A stretch of DNA of 64,000 nt, from positions 62,001-126,000 of the forward strand of contig OZ361259.1 in assembly GCA_977018835.1 (NCBI GenBank), written 5' to 3'. The position numbers were made by a program, and so were the translations under genes. Shown here piece by piece: positions 34,493 through 46,511 of this stretch. This stretch comes from Minutocellus sp. GHC0000111. Its lineage: Eukaryota. The notes under the pieces were generated by a model. The model did not search any database and was not told the origin of the DNA. It saw only the letters and a list, made by a program, of their open reading frames with translations. How positions within the stretch are numbered: the first letter of the stretch is position 1; each line of letters opens with the position of its first letter.

Positions 34493-35587
34493 CTACAGCT
34501 TTCGGATGCCTTTTCCGGAACCGGACGTTCCGGATCCTTTCCCAGAGCGCGAGGAAGTAGATTTCGGGGTCTTTGTAGGAGCTGAAATGCCTCTACATGA
34601 TCCAGCAGCGCAGACATCATTGATAGTGTTGGCATCGCCGTCATCGCATGAATCGCCATTATCAGTATGCACACACAGCCTAGAGGTAGGGCTGCATTCA
34701 TCGTCCGTACACTCGTTTGAATCATCGCAAGAGAGGCTAGAAGGGTTGGTGTAAAGGGCGGTGATATCAGCATTAGAAAGGACAAAGTCGTAAATTCCAA
34801 CCTCATCAATAAGTCCCTTAAACTCAGCTCCGGCGTCGTTGGTACCCTCGTCAAATGGGGGATTAGAACCAATGAAGAGTCTTAGGTTCGTTGCTGGCTC
34901 AAGCCCAATGCTTGTCAAGTCTCCAGAAGCTGTCGTTTTGGCACCGTTGATGTAAAAGTCAACAGCATCTGCGGTCTGACGGACAGCAACAGCAACGTGG
35001 CACCATTGTCCATCGGAGCAGTTTGACGCGTTTGGGCCCTGGACACTTTTGAATGCGCCGCCGCCTCTGTACGAGAGCTGAAAATTGTTGCTACCTGGAA
35101 TGATACCAATGTGCCACTGGTCATTAGCATTGTTGTCGACGTAGGAAGCCAAAGCAACGAGTCCGAGATTGCCTCCTCCCGTCCAAACTTCAGTTTTAGC
35201 CCAAAACTGGACTGAAAAGTCTTCCTTACCAGCCGCTACACCAAGCTCAGTCAGCGCCGTGGAAGGATTCTCAACCTCGAGAACGCACGCCTCGGCTCCA
35301 AGAATGGCAGCCGACATTGACCCTCCCTTTGACTCGCCGCTTCTACACCATACAGAGGACGTGGCGTCATCGGTACCTGGATTGGCTCGATTCTTCGCAA
35401 TGGCAGGCCCTGATACGGGTCCCTCAGCTAGCTCCTCAAAACTAAAGTATGCGACCGCGTTCTCCGGTTCTAGAAAAGTGCTGCTAGTACCAGCGTATAG
35501 ATCCCGGCCGCCGCCGTGAGACTTGAAGGGGCCTTCTTCAGTCAGAGCAAAGCTCAAGGCAATAATGGCACCAATGAATGAGATCAT
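34493..35587 (-). CDS. Secreted LamG/concanavalin-like domain protein with Cys-rich CDDxNxCT repeats
   Basis: Signal peptide, VAYFSFEE, FSVQFW, WCHVAV, FYING, FKGLIDEVGIYDFVLS; CDDSNECTDDEC and CDDGDANTINDVC. Confidence 0.8.
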   Translation of the reverse strand: MISFIGAIIALSFALTEEGPFKSHGGGRDLYAGTSSTFLEPENAVAYFSFEELAEGPVSGPAIAKNRANPGTDDATSSVWCRSGESKGGSMSAAILGAEACVLEVENPSTALTELGVAAGKEDFSVQFWAKTEVWTGGGNLGLVALASYVDNNANDQWHIGIIPGSNNFQLSYRGGGAFKSVQGPNASNCSDGQWCHVAVAVRQTADAVDFYINGAKTTASGDLTSIGLEPATNLRLFIGSNPPFDEGTNDAGAEFKGLIDEVGIYDFVLSNADITALYTNPSSLSCDDSNECTDDECSPTSRLCVHTDNGDSCDDGDANTINDVCAAGSCRGISAPTKTPKSTSSRSGKGSGTSGSGKGIRKL

Positions 35588-35689
35588 TATGCGTCTAGTA
35601 CAGCTGTAATGTAGTAATCAATTGCGATGATCAGGGTCCTGCGATGATGATAAAAATTGTGAACGTGAAAACTTTCCTATTCGCAATGC

Positions 35690-35890
35690 AATTGCGTTGA
35701 AGAAAAGAAGAGAATGCTTGTCTACAAAAATTTGCCAAAAGTTTCGTTCCACGCTCATCGTATTGTTGGCTCGTCTCAACACGTTCTGGTTTTAAAATCA
35801 TTGGGCGGCATTGCAGGATAGAAGAGACTGTTTGTCTACAAAAATGTGTGTTCACTAAATTTTTGATCCACGCTCGTCGCAGTAGTTTTG
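35690..35890. repeat. Imperfect tandem duplication (~115-bp period) in divergent intergenic region
   Basis: agaagaga..tg.ttgtctacaaaaat.tg and tccacgctc.tcg each occur twice in the same order. Confidence 0.6.
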
Positions 35891-35929
35891 AGTCCTTGTC
35901 CTGAGTCCTTATCCTTTTGCATCATCGTC

Positions 35930-36521
35930 ATGATTACGATACTGCGTCGATCAGGACGACGACAACGGTTCGCATCACATCTGCATCGACTTGTCCAGCA
36001 CCCGAACGGAGCAGAATTTCTGTGAGGTGACGGGACAAAACGATTGGTGTTCCGATATGATGCCATGTGATACTGGGAAAGGCTACCAAGAGAATAACGG
36101 TGGAAATGATGACGACAACAACCAATGTCAGGTACAAAACTGGTGTGTTTGCCAGTGGGCCTTTGCCAGTTATCTTCAAGCGGCCGGTGGGTGCAACTAC
36201 GTGCAGGACGTCGTCTGTGATGGAATAAATGTTCAGGCCATCATTGCCTATAAGCAACAGATGAATCAAGCGTCCAAATATCTCGATGCCTTGGAGTGTA
36301 TCGCTGATCGGTGCGGCATATCGATCGATGACATCCCGAGTCGAGCATCTCGCAAGAGTTTTGATTCACGGAGGGCTACCGCTTGGGCTCTTGTGGTGGT
36401 CATTGCTGCTGCTGCGACAGGGGCCGTGTACTACACCTCTCGGAGGCAAACTATTCAGGTCGGCGAAGGTGCGTATTTGGCAGCCAACGATAAGCAGGTG
36501 ACGAAAGGGACTGTTGGATAA
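35930..36521 (+). pseudogene. Cys-rich DUF2237-like membrane-anchored protein, N-terminally deleted
   Basis: YCVDQDDDNGSHHICIDLSS..NFCEVTGQ.DWC..NWCVCQWAFASY and a C-terminal TM. No in-frame ATG or signal peptide is present. Confidence 0.55.
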
Positions 36522-36663
36522 TTCTTTTCTGTATCATCTTTGTGCATATCTACATAACTACGTCGTACCGTAAACTAGCTTCAGACTAGTCTTTGAAAGA
36601 TGATATCGTAAATAATATGTAATTGATATCTAAAAAGAAATGAGGAGAATGACTGCATACTGA

Positions 36664-37838
36664 TTAGTTGGAAGGTGAAGCCAGTACGAGCTTCTCCTTA
36701 GGCGTAGGAGCAGGATCGTTTGCAAAGTAGGGGTGACTCAGACATTGGCTGGCAGAGAATCTCTTGTTGGGGTCCAATACCATAATACTTCTCAGTAGGG
36801 ATAGGGCATCAGCTGGGGCTGCTGTGAAAATTTCATCAAATGGTATCGGCGGACAATCGTCCCAGGTCAGACCACGAGATGGCAAAGGCAAAGTTTTGTG
36901 ATCCGGCCAGTTAGTTCTGTGAAAGAGGAGGGGAAGAATGAAAAGACTTTGTTAGCTAGGACCACAGCTTCTTCGGTGTATGGTATAATAAAGTCGCCAA
37001 CAGCAAACTCACTCGGATGGCGTTCCAAATACCGTGAAAATGGTATCCAGCTGGCTAATGTCAGTCTGCTTCCCCTGCAGAAACGGCCGGCGAAGGAGCA
37101 GCTCGGCAAAAATGCATCCAACACTCCACATGTCAGCTGCCGACGAATACTTCGATGCTCCGAGGAGCAGCTCTGGTGGCTTGTACCAAAGAGTGATGGC
37201 CTGTGGCGAAAGCCGCGTCTTTGGCGTTCCATACATTCTAGCCAGACCAAAATCTGCCAACTTCATGGTCCCATCTTCCAGAAAAAGCATGTTATCCCTG
37301 TGATATTTGTTGGCAAATACACAATATATAAATAAGCACGAAGAAATGAGAGTCCGGCTTTCGCACAAATCCAAACATCTCAATGCAAGACATCGATTCC
37401 GCGCCCGCCAATGAATACGCAATCATACAAATCCAGTCCAACTCACGGCTTGAGATCCCTGTGCAGTATCCACCTCTCATGACAGAACTCGATGGCCCGC
37501 AACAAACTCAAAAGATGCTGCTTCGTGTCGGCCAGACTTATTGATATGGCACGATTGTTCAGTATGTGACTAAGGTCGGTACTGGCACACTCGTACACCA
37601 AACACACGGCCTTGTCCGACGTGGTGAAGGCATCGACCAGCTCAATGACGTTCTCGTGCTGGAAACCGCTCCGGAGCAGCTTGATCTCGCGGACGGCCGT
37701 GAAGTTCACCCCCTCCTCGGGCCGTTCGGACTTGATTTTTTTAATGGCCACCTCCCGGCCGGTGCGCTTGTGCTTGGCCTTTTGGACGACACCCCACGTA
37801 CCCTGTCCGAGGGCCTTGATTATCGTGTAGTTGTCCAT
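36664..37838 (-). CDS. CDK7: Cyclin-dependent kinase 7 / CDKD (CDK-activating kinase); introns 37298-37446 and 36917-37012
   Basis: LGQGTWGVV, GVNFTAVREIKLL, WILHRDLKPDN, DFGLAR, PPELLLGA. Both introns splice in frame. Confidence 0.9.
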
Positions 37839-38086
37839 TGCGTCGGTGGTCGGTGGTGGTGGGGGGGTTGGATGGTTAGGTGCAGCGCAGTCAGGGCAGG
37901 ACCGTCATCATGAAACGCGAGGAGCGAGCGCGAGGAGCCCGAGAGCCCGATCGAGCGAGAGCTAGAGCGGAGCGCGCTAGCGGCGGGAATTCGTCCGTAC
38001 TTCGTCCGTCTCCTGCCCATCGCATCGCCGTCTCACATCTTGCAATCTCACGGTACAGTACGTGGGAGCCAAAAAGCAAGGTAACC

Positions 38087-39211
38087 ATGGCGTCTCGCCT
38101 TGCACCGTCGCCGTCGGCGACGGAGGAGCGCGCGTCGAAGAAGGCGAGGGTTGGCCCTATTGACGATGCTGGGGGCAGCACTTTGGCGAGCTCGGCAAGG
38201 ACGCCGACCAGCAACGGCCACGCAACCCTGCCTCCCGATAGTCTTTTGGAGGTGTTCCGATTCCTCGACGTGGGCGATGTACCGCCTGTTGCAAGGGTGT
38301 GCAAGTTCTTCGCGGAGAGACTTACTGGTGTGGACAGCAGTAAATTCTGGCTTGGTCTGATGCGCAGGCATTATCCCGTGGTAGAGAAGACGACGAAGCT
38401 CTTGCCCGCAACTTTCGGAGACGAACCCGATGCATTCTCGGTCCTGGGAAACAACCTCACAATCCCCGCCCCCTCTCGCAATTGGAGGTGTCAATTTCGC
38501 CGGGCGCATGTTCTCAAGCGTCAGTTGAAAGAGAATAGTGGCAAGGGGTACGGTGGTGATAAGGAGACCAGGCACATTGCTCTTTCTGCTGAAGAGACGA
38601 ACAACCGACCGCCACTTTCCGACTACTACTTTCAAGTTGACATTCAACTCCGCGATAAACGTGGTCACGAGATTGGTATTCTTTCGCGCATTGTAGACAA
38701 CGCAGAATACAAATCGGCCACCTATTTATCGTCTTGGCGCATTTGTTTGCCAATGGACAATCTTGAGGAGCTGGCTCACTATGAGTTTGATGTAATCAAA
38801 ACAGAGATCGTCGTGTATCAGCGATTAACGGGGAAGCAGGCATTTCTCTTCAACTCTGAAGATAGCGCATCCAAAGCTCTTGAATCCAATTGGTTTTACT
38901 TTGACGATTTTCGGACGACATATAAGGTTGACCACGAGTGGCTTTCTTGCTCAGTTTACGCCAATAAAACAGGATGCCCAGGCAAGGGAGGCCCAGATCA
39001 GTCGTCAGTTTCTCCCTCTGTGTTTTCCAACTTCTTCTCAAAGCCACACCTCTGTGAATCATGGCCAGCTTCAATTCAGTGCACGTGTCCCGAAAAATGG
39101 AGTTGCTTCTGGCAAATGGATTTCCAGCTTTCATTTCCGTTGGGAGAATGGGACGAGATTGACGATCTCGGCCGGCTTCTTGATCTTTTCAACAATTTGG
39201 ATTATGTGTGA
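38087..39211 (+). CDS. F-box protein
   Basis: LPPDSLLEVFRFLDVGDVPPVARVCKFF F-box motif. C-terminal part not recognised. Confidence 0.7.
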   Translation: MASRLAPSPSATEERASKKARVGPIDDAGGSTLASSARTPTSNGHATLPPDSLLEVFRFLDVGDVPPVARVCKFFAERLTGVDSSKFWLGLMRRHYPVVEKTTKLLPATFGDEPDAFSVLGNNLTIPAPSRNWRCQFRRAHVLKRQLKENSGKGYGGDKETRHIALSAEETNNRPPLSDYYFQVDIQLRDKRGHEIGILSRIVDNAEYKSATYLSSWRICLPMDNLEELAHYEFDVIKTEIVVYQRLTGKQAFLFNSEDSASKALESNWFYFDDFRTTYKVDHEWLSCSVYANKTGCPGKGGPDQSSVSPSVFSNFFSKPHLCESWPASIQCTCPEKWSCFWQMDFQLSFPLGEWDEIDDLGRLLDLFNNLDYV

Positions 39212-39480
39212 TTTCTCTGGTGACGTACATGGAGCTGACGGTAGGTTTACCGCTAGCGCTATGTCCAAGGGTCTAGCTAGCGACTAGATATACTGTTAGT
39301 AGACTCTAGAGCATTGCGTGTCTTTTATGGGGTGCCAACCAACAACACAAGCACAACACACATCGATCGGAATATGTTTGTGTGTATGTCCATCCCTTGT
39401 GTGTATATAACGCCGCCGATATTCGCGCGGCATTTTTAGAACACATCTTTGTCCATATTGTAGATTTTCTGCATGCCCCA

Positions 39481-39830
39481 GAGAAGTATGGCGCCTACAG
39501 GGCTGTCGATGGCATCAAGGATGCAAGCGGCATTGAATTCCATACTTGCAACATGGCGCAGCCTTGGTGGCGTGTGGATCTGGGAGCTGCAAAGGAGATC
39601 GAGCATGTGACGATTTATAACCGAATCGTTTGCTGCCAGAATAGGCTGAGCAACTTCTACGTCCGCTTTTTGGACGATTCCGGCGCTCAAGTAAAGGAGG
39701 TCTACCATAGTGGCAGCGCCGGCTATATCAAGACCATCGATGCAGGCGACAATGTTTCGGCACGATAGTCGAGATCAAGCTCGCCGGTACGAACTACCTT
39801 CATTTGGAAGAGGTGGAAGTCATGGGGCGT
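39481..39830 (+). pseudogene. F-type lectin (fucolectin/F5-8-like) domain fragment, frameshifted at ~39767
   Basis: AYRAVDG..HT....PWWRVDLG..IEHVTIYNR..CCQNRLSNF; continues in another frame as VEIKLAGTNYLHLEEVEVMG. Confidence 0.75.
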
Positions 39831-40226
39831 CAACCATGATCCTGACTTTAGTAATTTCTGTTACATGCACCATTGGACCTGCTGTGATGTTGAAATGCGA
39901 TTGGAATCACCGGAATCACCAGTTGCGAGACAAGATTGGTCGAGATTGTCTATTTCTGACAGAAGTCCGGGCCCTTTGCTTGTGAAGACATGCGATCGTA
40001 CGATCAAGTTACAAATGCAAAAAAAGAAGATTAATATCGTTATCTATGTTACACATCGCTTGGTTGCAGTATGGGATAGGAATATCGTCTCTGACTATTT
40101 AGGAGCTAGCTACGTAGCTAGATTTTACGGCTCCACTTCATTGCTCGTTCGAAGATTCTTCCATGCCTTAATGTGTGTTCGCTACGAATTGATATTTTTC
40201 TTCCCTTGATCCATACTCTTGCTCAC

Positions 40227-41675
40227 CTATCTCAGTGCCATAATATTGGACTGATGAAGTGCAATGGACAGTAATACCGTCACAGGAACGATTGCCAAGC
40301 TGTAAAGGACTGTTAATGCCTTGGCCATTCGACCAGCTCGCTCCGTCAAACCGTCAAGCGTCAACATCACGACGGTATTTTGCGCGGGTGGCATGCAACT
40401 TTCAACCATGATGGCAAAGGACACAACGGATCGAGCGCGGCTGCCGATTTCGGGGAGCAGTCCTGTCGCGCCGAGGAGCTGAATAGTAGCGATACCGCCC
40501 AAAGGAGCAAGGATGTGGCGAGCGAACAAAATACTGAGAATGGTTCGCACCTTGAGTCTCGTGCCGTCTTCTTGCTGATCATCAGCCGATGTTGCAGCTT
40601 TACTCTTTTTATTCTTGCCACCGACCAGACTGCCGGCAAGTACCAACAGGGCTGCAGGCAGATATGCCGTGCCCAGTGTCTTGATGGCGCCAAAGAGTGG
40701 CACGAGCAGTCCATTTGGGCCCATGAGCGACTTGCTAAACATTGGCACCGAGCCAGCGATGAGTCCGAGACCTGCGCCCGTTACAGGAGGGCTGAAGAAT
40801 TTCTTCAGCTCTCTTTCAACCTTTGCCACAATGCCGTCGTTTTGCTCCTCACTGGATCCACTGCCGTATGTTCCCAACATGCTTCTACCAAAACTCCAGT
40901 AAGTCGGGGTCCACATTAGCAAATCGAACGATACACATGCGGTAATCTCTGTCAGGAGTGGAGACCCACTGAACAATGCGTCTGCAAAAATGAGCGGCAA
41001 GGGCCCTGAATTTTGGAACGTCATGCAGATGCGAGCATCACGCTTTTCGTCACCCTCTAACCCAGCCGCTTTCGACGCCGCTGAAGAAAAGACAGAACCG
41101 ACGAGAATCTGTATGGCGGCCGCCATTGGCATCACGAGCAGCGTTTTGATCGGCAGGCCCTTCTCTCCGCCTGTAGCAATGGTCGAGGCGACGCTGCAAA
41201 AGAGGAAGGCGGGCTGAAAGACATTGTAAATGAGACGGCTCAGGCAGGAGCACGCGTCCTTATCCAGCAAGTTGGGGACCTTGCGACTCTTGGCGGCCAG
41301 CGCGCCAAGGCCGAGGGTGGAAAGCAGCTTGGCGGTGGCACTGAGAGCCGCCAGTGCCACGCGAGCATCGATGCTACCGACAGAAAGCGCAGACGCCGGA
41401 GAGAGACCAAGGACGGTTGGCGATGACGATGATTGCGACCAGGGATCTGAAGTGTGTGGCAAAGGACGGCGCTTCAAGGATGACACAGGTGCCGGTGGCG
41501 CCAACTGGTGAGGAAGTGAGAACGAGGCCGACACCGGCGCAACTGGACGCTTCGTACCGGCAGCACGCGTCGACAAGCTGAACGCCTGAACGACGGCACC
41601 GCTGTGTACTGAAACCAGGACCAAGAGAGCGGCAGCCGCACTCCGCTTGCCACCAGAGTACCGGTAAGATGCCAT
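40227..41675 (-). CDS. Auxin efflux carrier (AEC/PILS, Mem_trans) family transporter, probable plastid-targeting leader
   Basis: LSRLIYNVFQPAFLF, FQNSGPLPL, SPPV, LLVLAGSL, ESCMPPAQN. Leader ending VQA-F. Confidence 0.82.
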   Translation of the reverse strand: MASYRYSGGKRSAAAALLVLVSVHSGAVVQAFSLSTRAAGTKRPVAPVSASFSLPHQLAPPAPVSSLKRRPLPHTSDPWSQSSSSPTVLGLSPASALSVGSIDARVALAALSATAKLLSTLGLGALAAKSRKVPNLLDKDACSCLSRLIYNVFQPAFLFCSVASTIATGGEKGLPIKTLLVMPMAAAIQILVGSVFSSAASKAAGLEGDEKRDARICMTFQNSGPLPLIFADALFSGSPLLTEITACVSFDLLMWTPTYWSFGRSMLGTYGSGSSEEQNDGIVAKVERELKKFFSPPVTGAGLGLIAGSVPMFSKSLMGPNGLLVPLFGAIKTLGTAYLPAALLVLAGSLVGGKNKKSKAATSADDQQEDGTRLKVRTILSILFARHILAPLGGIATIQLLGATGLLPEIGSRARSVVSFAIMVESCMPPAQNTVVMLTLDGLTERAGRMAKALTVLYSLAIVPVTVLLSIALHQSNIMALR

Positions 41676-42066
41676 GGTGTCAAGCAGGAGCATTTGAATG
41701 AACGCCTTGCTGCTTGAGCCTGAGCGGCGAGCGGGCCGGCTGGGCTTGAGCGGCGCCTGAGGAGCGCAGCAGCAGCTGCTGCCTGCTGAGGGCAGTGCAG
41801 CAGGGGACGGGTGAGGTACAGACGATCATAGTAAATTTCAATTTCGAACGAACATCTGCAGCTGCAGCAGCAGCAACAGCAAGTACATCTATCTGGTGAT
41901 GCAAGGTACCTAAAGTAAGTTTCCTCTTCTGTACCGGTATGACATTTAGCTAAATTTACGTACAGTTTCTTCAATGGCAGAGTGACTGGCCCCCAGTATG
42001 ACTATATGTAGAAGAAATGAAATGAAAAGAACAGGCAAACAAACTGTGGCGCCCATATCTTCGAAT

Positions 42067-45000
42067 CTATTGAATAGCGACATTCTCCTGGTTCTCAGCA
42101 TCGACATTTCTACGCGAGCTTCGAGTACTTCGCTTGGGACCTGCAACTGAAGGTGCCTTCTTCCTTGCGGCGGCCTTTTGCTTTCTCCGTGTCACTCTCT
42201 TCTTGGCCTTGGACGCCTTTTGATCGGCAAGCTCGTTCTCACCAGCAAGCCGCCCAGCCTCCTCGAGCCGACCCTCCCAATCGGCGACGAATTGCTTCGA
42301 CTCGGGCGTCTTGCAAGCCTTCTTTGCCTTGGCAACGATGGTAGCGAACGACTTGTACACGTCTTCGTCAAATAGACTCGCCGAGTACAACTTGTAATGG
42401 TCATTGAGCGACTTGGCGCACTTTTCATTGATCTTGAGTTGAGCCAAGCAGTACGCCAGATCGGCCTTCTGCGATATGGTCTTGGCCTTGGGGAATCGTT
42501 GGCAGAGCTTGTCGCACAAAGTCTCTGTCTGACGCTCCTTGGTAATAAAGCTAAGGAGGAAGGACATGATGCTTCGGAAATCTTCTCGCCGAATACCAAC
42601 CTCACTCAACTGACTTACGATGTCAGGCAACAGGTTGTAAATGGGGTTGTTGCTTCGCTTGGAAAGTTCAAAGAACAACAAACGAGCCATGTCCTGGATG
42701 CCGCCATCGTTGTCCTTCAAGCAGAGCGCAATCTCGCAAACCTGGCCCTTTACTTTGACCATATCGTTCAAAATGAGATGCGTCAAGACCATGAGCGTGT
42801 GACGTCGCACACGAGTTGATGAGTCCCGAAGGCAGGCATACAATCGAGGAGTGTAGGGTTCAACCTCGTTGGGGAATCGGAAGGCAAGATCACCGAGGGC
42901 AACAACCGTGTTGGCACGAAGCGTGGTATCCTGTACCGGCGCGCGTGCAAGAGCCGTAAAGAGCAGAGGCAAGTGCTTCTCGCAGAAAGATCGCGAGACG
43001 GACATGAACTTGCACAGAGCCAAATTCGAGGCTTGAATCAGAATCTCCGAGTTGAAGGCACCGCCCTCGTTACCAATGATGCGGATGATCAGAGGAGTGA
43101 AAGCACCGATCAAGCCCTTGCAGACAATTTCTTGCTCCGAGATTTCCAATACCCGCTTTTCATTCTCCGCCTCGGCTTCCTGCGCTAGACCAAGCTCTGC
43201 CTCGATAGCATCATCATCCTCCGATTCCTCTCCGCTCTCACTCGATCCGCTGGACTTCTTCTGGGCCTTGGCATTGTCCACAGATTCCTGCTTGGCGAGC
43301 GTCTTGTTGGCATTCGCACGACGGACGGCTCCTCCAAGGTTCTCGGTGTACACCAAAAGTTTGAGAGCAATGTGTCCCATGGTGAAGAAGAAACGAGAGA
43401 GTCGGAGCGAATGGCACGACTTCTGAGATTCACCAATGCCAACGCCAAATGTGGTGGATTCCATTACTCGAATAATATCGGCGGCAGCTCTCTCTGGCCA
43501 GGGGCAGATGGCAAAGATGGCGTTAATCGCCTGTTCGGCGGCCGCGAACCATGCGCAGGTGTCCTGAGTATTATCGTCGACGCACCAGTCGCCCTGGGCT
43601 ACCGAGCAAAGACGCTCGGTAATGTGCTCAATGACAAGGTAACGAGCCGATGCAGGATCGTGCTTGGCCCTTGGAATGCGCTGCAATGCGGACGCAGCAG
43701 ACTGAATAGTCGTCCAATCGCGCTTCTCCTCAACGACATCGCCAAGACCAACATCGAGCAACAGGCGGAGACGCGTTGCGCTATCAATGATGGTGGGATC
43801 AGCAGTTGCACCCATCGATAGAACCGTGATTGCAGCTGCTCTGGTTTCACCTGAGGCTCCCGACGCAATGGACCACAAGAGCATGAACACCTCCGATGGA
43901 ATGCGGTTATCCTTAACCAAGCGGGCAATGGCTTCCTCGATGGACGCCTTTTCGCTGACGGTAGCCTGGCCGGCAAGAAAGAGAAGATTATCAGCGATCT
44001 CGTTGTGCGGCAACAAGTCCTTGCCCTCGCTTCCAGACACGGAAATGAAAACCTCCACAAAGGCCTTGAGCACTTCATCCTGGATGCCTGTCTCGGACGA
44101 CCAGATAAGCGCAAGGGCCTGCTTCATACCGGTAACTGCCGAGGGAAGCTGGAAATGGCGGGCCCGGACAAAGAAGCGAAGTGCCTCGGTAACATCACTG
44201 GCATTGGACGACAGGAGCATTCCTTCGAAGGCACCGTTGGAATCCTCAAACAGCTCGATGAAGCTCAGAGCCGACGAGGCGAACTTCAGCGCCTTAACCT
44301 TGGCGAGATACTCCATCTGGCTCTCCGACAAATTGTCCTCTTTGCTCGCCTCTTCTGCTTCGGCAATCGCAGCGGCCAGAGCGGCAGACTCGATCTCTTC
44401 CTTCGTTTCCTCGTCGCCATTGTTCTCCTCGAGCTCCTGAAGTGACTTGGCACGAGCCTCCTCGATATCGGCAGGCATGTTGGACTTCAGATACACTTCC
44501 AACTCCTTGACCTTCTCCACGTAGGGCACAGGATCGAGGCATCCCATGTAGGGATTGTTCTCGAGAATGAGCGTGAGAAGCTGGAGTGGGGAGAGGTGGA
44601 AGGTGTATAAGTATGAAAAAAGATGAGAGAAACATGGATACAAATAAAACCGGGGTCAGTATCCACAGTATCTCCCAAAAGTAAATATACAGGCACCAAA
44701 AAAATATAATATAACGAACTCACCTGCATGGCACTACGGCGGACCATGACAGTCTTGTCCTGAAGGCGGCTAATGGCTAAGGCCGTCACGAGGAGGAACC
44801 TCTCGAGGGGGAGGCAGTCGCTCTCCACCACCGTCGCCCAGGCCTTGAGGACGGCGACGCGGGTGAAGGAACTGGAATCCCGAACGCGCTCGGTGAGGAT
44901 GTCGAGGAGGGCGCTCCGGCCCTTGCCGAGGTTGCTCATGCGATGGGCCGACTCGGCACCGGCATTGTCGCCGCTGCCCTCTCTGCCATCTTCGCTGTTG

Positions 45001-46511
45001 GTACCGTCCATGTCTCCCTCCCGCTGATCTTGTTGCTGCTGCTGCTGTTGCTGCTGCTCTTCATCCTCGCTTCCGTCGGCCTGACCAACCTTGGTGAGAA
45101 TGTTGCCAATGGTGGCCACGATGGCCGAACGGAGCTGATACGGCTCGCAGTCCAGATGGGGCAGAATCAGACTGATCTGCGACAGTACCAACCTTGGACG
45201 GCGGCTGGCCAACTCGGGAAGGAACGGGGCCACGTTGCGGACCCCGCTGGCCTTGCCTCCGGCTGCTACGGCGGCAGCCGATGCGGCGTTGCCACCCTCC
45301 CCACCACCTCCGCCACCCGCGGCAGCACCCGACATGTCCATCCGTCCAATCTCCCTCATGAGCTCAATGGCGAGACGGTTGGTCGGCTGCTCGTGGACCA
45401 TGGTGCACAGTTCCGCCACCAGCGATGCCATGTGCTCATACGAGTGGAGCAGATCGACCAACGCCGCGACGATGGTATTGAGCAGCGACCCATTGTCGGG
45501 GGCCGAGTTGACCGTGGCGGCGATCATGCCCAGAGCCTCGGTGCCGCAGCAGGCCTTGCGGGCCTGGACGCCGGTGGCCGATTCGAGGATCTGGTAGGCG
45601 ATGCGGCAGGGGAGGTTCACGACGTTCTCGTCGGGGACGCCGCGCTTCCATAGGCGGTTGGCGTGGGCGGACATGGACCGGGAGGCGGCCAGCATGGACC
45701 GGGCGCACTGTTCCCGGGTGGCGGCGAGCTGCTCGGCCTCGGCCCTGCGCTCCTGTTCCTTGGGGGTGAGCTTCTTCTTCTTGCCCCCGGCCGTGGTAGT
45801 GGCAGTGGTAGTGCCCATATTCAAAGATTTGATCGACTTGCATTCCGATTCGGTAAAGTGCATGATGGAGAACAGCATGTACAGGTGGCACGACAGGGCA
45901 TCCCGAAAGTCCTGCGATACGACGGCAGTGTTGTTGTTGGAATTGCCATCGGCAGTACCGGTAGTAGAAGACGAACTTCCGAGGATGGAACTCAGGGTCG
46001 AAACCGACTGGCAGATGGCCGCGACGAGCCGCTTCCTCGTCGCCGGGGCCAGCGAGGAGGATTTGCTGTTTGCGTTGCGGGCCATGGTGTGTCAGTGCCA
46101 TACGATTGCAGAGGAGAATAGATATAAGAATAAGTGAAGAAAGATTCACAAATACATCAAGGCAAACTCAGAAACAAAGGAACAAACGGACAAAACCAGA
46201 AACATCCAATATTGGCGAATGAAAAAAACTCACCGCACCAAGGTGTACAGGGCCTGGACCCGCTCCTGATCCATCCACGGATCGTACCCACCGTCATCAC
46301 CATCATTGCCCTCCTCTTCATCTTCCTCAAACAGGACCATCCCCCCATTGATCAATGTGCGATTGCCCCGTTCGAGCAACGCCACGAGGGCATCGAACGA
46401 ATCGGCCCGGGCCGCCTCGTCGACGTCATCGAAGTCGTTGGGATACGGCAGCAGGTTGTAGGGTTCGGATTCCAATTCCTGGAGGGAGGTGGGGATCGGA
46501 AACGATGGCAT
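42067..46511 (-). CDS. NCAPD2: Condensin complex subunit 1 (CAP-D2/Cnd1); introns 46066-46233 and 44581-44723
   Basis: RVRDSSSFTRVAVLKAW, RLQDKTVMVRRSAMQ, LALCKFMSVS, LRANTVVALGDLAFRFPN, LTHLILNDMVKVKGQ, IYNLLPDI. Confidence 0.93.

Noticed and set aside
46083..46110. Apparent missing splice acceptor in the condensin first intron
   Set aside because: A downstream AACAG acceptor at 46067-46066 after a CTGAC branch point joins in frame (LVR|KSSSL).
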